From the NCBI GenBank assembly GCA_964199315.1, contig OZ116699.1:15438001-15502000 (forward strand): a stretch of 64,000 nt of DNA. The letters run 5' to 3'. Below are positions 57,401 through 64,000 of the stretch, in pieces. The DNA comes from Orbicella franksi (Eukaryota). The notes beneath the pieces are model-generated. The model searched no databases. It saw only the letters and a program-made list of their open reading frames with translations, and was not told the DNA's origin. Position 1 is the first letter of the stretch, and the number at the start of each line of letters is the position of its first letter. A program made the position numbers and the translations under genes.

Positions 57401-60400
57401 CAGCTGGACCTCGCCATAGAGGTAAATCGTCATTTTCTCGCAAACGAGTATGGTGACCTAGCATTTTTTTCTGTTGTTTTGAATTGAGTATTAAATTTCT
57501 CTGTGTAAAATAAATATGGACCAATTCTCAGTGTAGAACAAAAAACAATCGTCGGAAACGTGAATTTGGCAAGCAATCGTGACTACAGTCATGGTGCTAT
57601 TCTAAGGATTTATTGGGTATAAACAAGGTGCATAGTGATTGATGCGACTTCAGCGAAAACAAGTGCTCATTGTTGATTCACGTAAAAGAATCTTAACTAA
57701 TGATTCTTGCTGTTTATATTGGTCCTTGAACTAATTTCAGTTTTGATTTATGTTTTTATTATCTTTGTCCCAATGCGAGGAGGTTAGTTCTCGAACTGGA
57801 AGAGAGCCTTCTTCTTCTACACCGTCTCAACGAGTTTCGTAAAAAGGAGAGGTTGCATGGCAAGATCTTAGGCGAGGTTGCACAGCGTATCAATCATGTC
57901 TGGTTGCTCATCTTTTATAGCTGTTCCATGACGGTAAGGAAAGCAAGTAACAGTCAAAAGAGCGTTAAACCCGACAAGTTGACAGAAGTCAAGCTCTCTT
58001 TCGTCCAGCTACATAATATTCCATCTGAACATCTTAAGATTCCGATTTAAACCCGGTAAACAAACAGGGAACTTAACGCTTTCCAAAGGTCGCAAACTTA
58101 GTGCGTACAAACCTGTGCTGAGGTGCTTGAACTTGATGGTACCACTTGGGTTGATGATTACGGTTTCCAGGGACACGTAAGAAGCTGAAAAAAGAGACAT
58201 TAATAACCTGAACTGCTTGGGTTGACCGTCGCTTTAGTAACGCGGGAGTCATGAGAACCCTTTGAAGCTCACAAATTTTTTTCCGAAGCCTCTTCATAAT
58301 TTCTCAAATAATCATTTCTATCTTTCCTTCACGTCAACTATCCATCACTCTCTGTCAGCAATTCATAAATATTACATGCACTCAAGCCATTCACCAAATA
58401 AACATTATTCTATTCTCAGCCAAAAGAAACGAAGCCATCATTAATTGATTCGGCACCGATTACAGAACCATTACAGTACCATGTACATGTGGCTTCCAAC
58501 TCTGATTGGCACGATAGGCTTCTTGTTATTAACCGGTTGTCTTATAAACCGACCCCCACCCTCCCCCTCCCCCCTCCCCTCTTCCCCTGGGAAGACCGCT
58601 TTATCTTTTAATTGTTATCTACACTTACGCAAACTTCCCAGCGCATCCAGGGTCCGCAACGTCTTGGAACACTCTTTGCAAATGGCGACCAACTCTACTT
58701 CAGTCAAACAGGAAGAGAGGCCGTTCAACAGCTCTCGGATATTCACAGCCTTCACAAAACACGTCAAAAATCAACTTTATTCCGGCAATCAGGATTAACA
58801 TTCTCTTTATATAATTTCTGTAATTTTCGGAGATTTTCTGATCATGCAAGTCCTTCATAGCTCCTGGTCTGCCTACTTGAATTTGTTATAGGAGGTAAAA
58901 AGAAAGTCGACTTTAAATCCCCGAATCGTAACATAACACGAGTAAAATTAAATATTTGCTTTCAGTTAGAATGTTTATGTCTTTCCCCGGCTTATCATTG
59001 GTATTCAGCCTTACGATACAAAATTGGGAGGGAATTGGGGAAAGGTATCAGTTCTTATAAGTCTAATTGGGCAATAACGAAAATACATACTGAACGGTTT
59101 ATAAATACCTTTCTTAATAGACTTAGTTTTAGATATAAATTAGCAACGTAGATTTTTCAATTTCTTGTCTTCTTTAATGCAATTTTAATTTTAGCATTTT
59201 CAGTCAATTTTTTTTATCGTAAGGGCCTATTAAATATTCTAGCTAATTCTACTTTGTAAATTTTGATATGTATTTTTATCCAATGAATAAAGACATTATT
59301 ACATTATTATTACCACTACGATCAATAATTTTAACGTACCTCCTGTCGTACCGGTGCACGAAGGACAGAACTTTCGACAACCGTTCTTATCCTCTCAAAC
59401 TGTGCTGCAGACGCTGGTATACTGTTGCTACCACTAACGCTCTCTGTATAAATCTTCGATCTTCTTTTCGTCACACGAGGGACAATGCTTTGCTTTCTTC
59501 TGGGACCCATTTTTCTGTTCATCAGCTTTGCGAGAACATTTGTTCTCGACTGTTGGGATGGAGAGTCGGGTCTTAAGTCAAGAGCTGTTTTACCGGCATT
59601 AGCCATAGAAGAAATGTCCCCCACTCCATCATTCTCTACTTGTATTTTGGCAATACTGGGTGTAATATTGTTATTCGCGTCTACGTTAGGACTATTCTCG
59701 ATGCTTTTCGTCCTGCTTGTTGTTTCCATGACGCCCATCAATTCTTTCCCACTCACGTGGCTGTACTCACTACTTGTGACTGTACGTGGTTCCAAATTAA
59801 TACCGTTTACTTCGCTGTCTGTTCCTTGCTTACCTCCATCTTTGGCAGTCAATGTACCTTCGATTGAAGCAACACGTTTATCAGATACTCGATGAACTGC
59901 AAATTGTTGAAGTGGAATACTTTCGACAGTTGTCCAGCATTTCGATTGGGTTAATTTATCGTCAGTGTTTGGGTTTTGTTCACTCTTTTCGGAAGGTTTG
60001 GAAGAAGGATCTTGTGTTTTCTGCTTACTGTCACTTCCCTCGAGTTTCGCCTTCAAAGAAGCATACCTCTCGCTGAGTGCCGCAAACCTTTCCTCCGTGG
60101 GAAGGGAATCGTTTAGAGGCGGCTGTTTCGGAGATATTCCAAGTTTACGCACGATCCCTTTTCCACCTCCACCATGAACAGTGACTCTCGAACTCATTGT
60201 AATGGTCGAATTAGTCGTGGCTGACTTACTTGCCTCTGTTTTTTTGATCCTGGAATAATCATCAGCCTCCTCCTGGCTTAATGGAAGGAAACGCGAATTA
60301 TCGAACCCCACACCACTTGAGTGTTGGTAATTCGGTTGATTTACCCTCCCTTCTGTTCTTCCAGATGTATCGTTTGGAATCACAAAGGTGATAGGAGGAC

Positions 60401-62480
60401 GTTTAATCACGTTGACACTGCTCTTCCTTTGAGGAGGCGCAACGCTTCTCGCAGGAAGTGGAGCGCTGATTTTTCTCTGCGGAGACTGCACTCGAGGAAC
60501 ATCCATACTCTCGCTTGCAACCAGTTGCCTGGGCACGGGAAAATTAACGTCACCATCGGCTCTAATGTGAGACTTTTCCTTGGACTTGCTAAGTTCAGAT
60601 GGACTTGAGTCTTTGGCTGTACCTTGCACTTGATGATTGAGAACCATACCAGGGCCATTTGAGTTGCGCATATCGTCCGATGGGCCACATCTCTTTGCAC
60701 TATCTTTTGATTCGGTGTTAATGTTGTTACCGTTGACGCTATTGCTGTTGCTGTTGTCGTTGCCCTTGTTGTGTTTGTTTGACAAGGAATCCTTGATAGA
60801 TGCTGCTGTGTTCAAGACGGATGATTTACGATCGTTTTCGGGGTTACTTTCATTTCCCCACTCTCCAGTGTCTAACGATTCTCTCAAGGAAAATTCCAAA
60901 GTTCCTGTGGGCGGCTTGGTAGAAGCAATGGAATTCCTCCGCTTCCGCTGCATAGCCTGGCTGTGGGTGATCACGTGTTGCTGAACGATAGCCAGCAGAC
61001 CTTTGGGACGAGCTTCACTGGGTGACCCCTGAACATCTTTGGAATTTGGCACCTCTGGTCCAATGGGTGACCTCTTCTCTGATTGAGCGTCATCAGTTTC
61101 GCATTTAATGGTCAAAGCAGATAGCGACGGGCATCTTTTAGCTGAGTTTGGAGACAGCGTGTTGAGGACATTTCCAATGGAACCCCTTCTAGTTAGAGCC
61201 GGGCTTTTTAATATCCTCCCAAGAATGCCATCTTTGTCCTTGCTTGGGCAGTTGCATTTGCGCTCCTTTTCAGCTGCAGGTTTTAAAGACGTTTTGATGC
61301 CAACAACTTTGGATGTTGAGCTGCCAATTTGAGGAGAAAGCGTACGCAAAACGTTTCCAAGAGAACCCCTACGTTTTAGTAAATTGGGAAAATTCATTAT
61401 TTTACCAAGAGCATTTTCGCTTTCCTTCTTAACCTGACTCTCAATTTTAACCTGTCTTTGGATACTTGGACTTTCATCACGTTCAATTTTACCTTTGTTG
61501 AAGTTCAAAGGAGAAAGTGGTCTCCATGGATCTTTTACGTGACCATTTGCGTGTGGCAATAGAAGTGCTGAACTGAGTTTTCCATCGTTGCCAGGTGTTT
61601 CTTCTCGACCATGATCGGATTTCTTGTCGAATTGAGGCGACAGTGATAGCAGAACATCACTCAAAGACCCTCTCCTGGTTAGGCGAGGAGATACAAGAAC
61701 CTTTCCAAGCATGCCTTCGTCGTTATCGGTATTCTTTGCGGAGGAACGGCGCGACCCTGGTTCTGACCCTACCTTGCAATCGCCATCTTCGGGTGATCCA
61801 TTCAGATTTATTGATACACTTGCAATGCTGCTTGATCGACGAGATTCTACTACGGGATTCAGGGAGGTTATTCGTTCTAACACTTCTGGGTCAATCACAC
61901 TCCCTCGTCGAGATCGATGAGGGGCCATGGATGTGTCAACTTTCCTGAGCATCTCATACAGAGCTAACTCTTCGTCCCTTGTTTCTTTGGAGCTCTCCTG
62001 AGGGAAGGACGACCCAGTGGTCGCCGGAGAAACATCACCAGTATTGCAAGCATCGTCACCTGCATCATCTGTGTACGACAGAACGTATGTGGATACAGCC
62101 TCTATTAAATGCTCATTGTCCTCTGTGGAATTCTCGAAAGAGAAGCATCGCTTATAAAGTGGAGATTCGTCTACATTGCAATCACCGGAAGAAAAGGCTA
62201 TCGTGCCATTTGCTGCGCTAGTGGATTCGACATTCTTAGTGCCTTCGTAGTACTCTTGCGTGGGTTCACAAGGCGGTTCGCTCGCAGCCCTCGACCTTAA
62301 TTCTCCCTGTTTAAAGCTACCAGTTGAGCGTCGTCGCTCTTTATCCGTGTCTTCCTCTTCGGGTTTTTCCGGAATATCGTGAAGAGTGTGAAAGAAACGT
62401 ACATCGGCAATGCTATGTCTCCTTCGTCTTGGCCGGGACTGTAGACTGGCGTTGTTTAGAAGGAACTTTTTCAGATCCAT
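25070..62480 (-). CDS. KNDC1: very-KIND / kinase non-catalytic C-lobe domain-containing RasGEF, about 3,800 aa
   Basis: Exons (high to low): 59340-62480, 58629-58749, 58113-58184, 55870-55931, 48922-49080, 48232-48333, 44322-44420 (probable), 36292-41391, 35348-35471, 33425-33566, 32623-32902, [unresolved junction], 32122-32195, 31865-31924, 31109-31199, 30856-30947, 30607-30665, 30321-30494, 30112-30222, 29576-29729, 28823-28964, 28677-28720, 28447-28605, 27660-27953, 27084-27206, 26668-26727, 26369-26526, 25070-25307 (TAG). KNDC1-specific segments: [25 protein letters not shown]...[58 protein letters not shown]...[15 protein letters not shown]. Confidence 0.88.
25342..25658. mobile_element. 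Long-TIR MITE, 317 bp, 9-bp TSD (MULE-like)
   Basis: About 90-bp TIRs starting tagcctgcgaacgcagacgtatt and ending aatacgtctgcattcgcaggcta. agtaatcag is duplicated at 25333-25341 and 25659-25667. Confidence 0.9.
27297..27620. repeat. Probable interspersed repeat in a KNDC1 intron
   Basis: Internal direct repeat gagcgggcaagatga and internal inverted agatggctgga/tccagccatct. Resembles a recalled common anthozoan repeat; only one copy in the window. Confidence 0.55.
31328..31592. mobile_element. MITE, 265 bp, TAG..CTA termini
   Basis: Ends tagagcggttttcatttgagtatcg and cggcactcaattgaagactgtgcta are imperfect inverted repeats. Same family as 8807-8891. Confidence 0.75.
35576..35713. repeat. Palindromic MITE fragment
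   Basis: attccatgttgccttgcgtctgtccagta pairs with tactgaacagacgcaaggcaacatggaat. Confidence 0.8.
36292..41391 (-). CDS. KNDC1: 5,100-nt internal exon of KNDC1 encoding 1,700 aa of Ser/Pro/Arg-rich, probably disordered sequence
   Basis: Open frame throughout (ORF track 36199-41259). Acceptor tttttccag at 41392, donor GAG|gtaagt at 36291, phase 0-0. The next exon continues into the conserved FAFDGY segment. Confidence 0.88.
48232..58749 (-). CDS. KNDC1: KIND domain exons of KNDC1 (5 exons)
   Basis: The spliced peptide [56 protein letters not shown]...[60 protein letters not shown] matches the KIND consensus. Phases 0-1-1-0-0-0 are consistent. Confidence 0.9.
48747..48839. repeat. Short palindromic element
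   Basis: gagacgaagtcgagggaaacatcg pairs with cgatgtttccctcgacttttcgtctc. Confidence 0.8.
55093..55630 (+). pseudogene. Possible decayed rhodopsin-class GPCR, antisense within a KNDC1 intron
   Basis: Frame-shifted segments [14 protein letters not shown] (TM1-like; GN position mutated) and [15 protein letters not shown] (TM2 LAxxD motif, 55230-55247), followed by hydrophobic stretches with stops. Confidence 0.3.
57307..57400 (+). mobile_element. Left end of a Kolobok-like element related to 13634-14276
   Basis: ttaa|ggtcattccccagtattgcaatgcgcatccctactgcgcataattt aligns with the first ~46 bp of the 13634 copy. The right end was not identified. Confidence 0.6.
58553..58587 (-). other. G-rich tract with G-quadruplex potential
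   Basis: The minus strand reads GGGG-AAGA-GGGG-A-GGGGGG-A-GGGGG-A-GGG-T-GGGGG. Confidence 0.6.
59340..62480 (-). CDS. KNDC1: First coding exon of KNDC1: 1,047-aa low-complexity N-terminal extension
   Basis: ATG at 62480 with an in-frame upstream stop and an acceptor at 62540 (5'UTR intron). Donor GAG|gtacgt at 59339, phase 0, matching the phase-0 start of the first KIND exon. The splice link is inferred. Confidence 0.75.
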
Positions 62481-64000
62481 GTCTATGCCACAGTGGTTTA
62501 CGATGCAATTAGAGATCTAGAACACTGTGCAAAGATAATCTGCAAAATGGACGGATAAAATTGATTCACAAACTTTGTCACCGTGGGTGTACCATGAATT
62601 TTTCAAACTCTCTCTGAGAAAGTGAAATAATGCTATTACTTGCTGGGAAGTTTAGCTTAAAAAGCTTATTAGCCTTTGTAAATATGTTTTCACGCAACAG
62701 ACTATAAATTTGTTATACATAGTTCTACATTCAGTTTAGTTTCAAACTTTGATGTAACATGTGAAATAATACATCGATATAAGACAAAAAAGCTTGAAAT
62801 GTAGATCACTTCTCATGAAACGCGCTATCAATGTATAATAGAATATACCTAATAGCGACGTGATTAACTCTTAAAACAGAAGTCAATTAAAGCGTACAGT
62901 AAGATTTGGCTCAAGCCCCGGAATTGACGTGAGAGGTTTCATACATCGTAATAAATGAGTTTGCTTATCATATTTGTTTGACAATTCATTCAGTGATCGA
63001 CATAATTTCGTTTTCTTCGCTTGACCTTCACTATTCAGAAGCAGAGTCATCTATTACGATTCCGGAACTTTGACTGTATTTTCACTGACACGGCACGGAG
63101 CACTTCACGTGCGGTACGGAACGAAGAGTCAGTTTACTCACGTGCTCAAAGCAACATATTTGACTTCTTCACGCCAAGTCTTCAACAGTCATTTCCACCG
63201 TGAACCATCATTAACGATATTATTTTGGCACTCAAGGGTATAGTTCAATGCCTTCAGATGGCCAGCACAGTTAACGTTTTCAGGCATCTGTAGCAAACAT
63301 TGCTTTGTTCTAGCTAAAGAGGGATATTAGGTACATCTTAAAATGTAATCTACTGTAATCCTATAATCATTGTCCGTAATATCCAAATGGAGACAAAACA
63401 TGGATTTAGAGTGATTTACTTCTGAATCTCATTATTTAAAGAGTTATGTCATCGCAAACACAATCACTTGTAAATAAATTGTTGTACTGAAAGTTTTGGT
63501 TCATGAATTAATATTAATGAACTGTAAGCAAAATGGTAATGCAAATGGAGCGACGACAGCGGAATATAATTATGCGAGTACTTTTACAATAAAAAATTCC
63601 AAAGATGTTGGAGGTAAGTTACAAAATGTGACACATTTTCAAAACTGTTATTCCACTGGTAGGTATTTATTTTCACTGATCACGAACAAAGCCAGTTCGT
63701 TTCTATTCATGCGTCGTTAGCATTCCTTTATAATGATTTTTTGTATTATCGGTACCTTGGGGAATTTAGCTGTATAAAGGATTTAACTTATGTTTAGAAC
63801 AGCCAAACGAAAAAAGCCTCTTCATTAAACTGTTCTCTCCGAAGTTTGAAAATCTTGGCCAATTCCCACATTTTACATAAACAACCTCATCCTTTGCGAG
63901 ACTCTTCCTTGATGAAATGAAAGCTTGTCGCAATTAAAAGAGCATTATAAGTAATAATTTCTTTGTGCCGCGTAAATAATACACTGTGTATGGTCATGTA

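Overview
AT-rich, intron-containing animal genomic DNA. The repeat families and gene structure suggest a cnidarian, probably a scleractinian coral (inference). Three spliced genes were reconstructed by hand from GT-AG boundaries and reading-frame phase. (1) A 5'-truncated STK32/YANK kinase on + (1-5916). (2) A complete PRC1 spindle-midzone gene on - (12614-23067, 16 coding exons, about 649 aa). (3) A very large KNDC1/very-KIND RasGEF gene on - (25070-62480, about 3,800 aa). The KNDC1 model has a 3,141-nt first coding segment, one KIND domain, a 5,100-nt internal exon, and C-terminal REM + CDC25 RasGEF domains; one junction (32196-32622) could not be phased. Introns and intergenic DNA hold many MITEs (several with visible TIRs and TSDs, one nested), a DIRS-type tyrosine-recombinase remnant, an ~83-bp minisatellite and a possible decayed GPCR. 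No tRNA, rRNA or CRISPR array was seen. The most unusual signals are in KNDC1: its giant-exon architecture, a triple ~30-aa RRGS repeat, SxIP-like motifs and candidate internal first exons giving KIND-less isoforms. Also notable are the STK32-KNDC1 linkage apparently shared with human 10q26.3 and a sharp CpG-depletion domain over STK32/PRC1. All homology calls come from recalled family sequences, not database searches.
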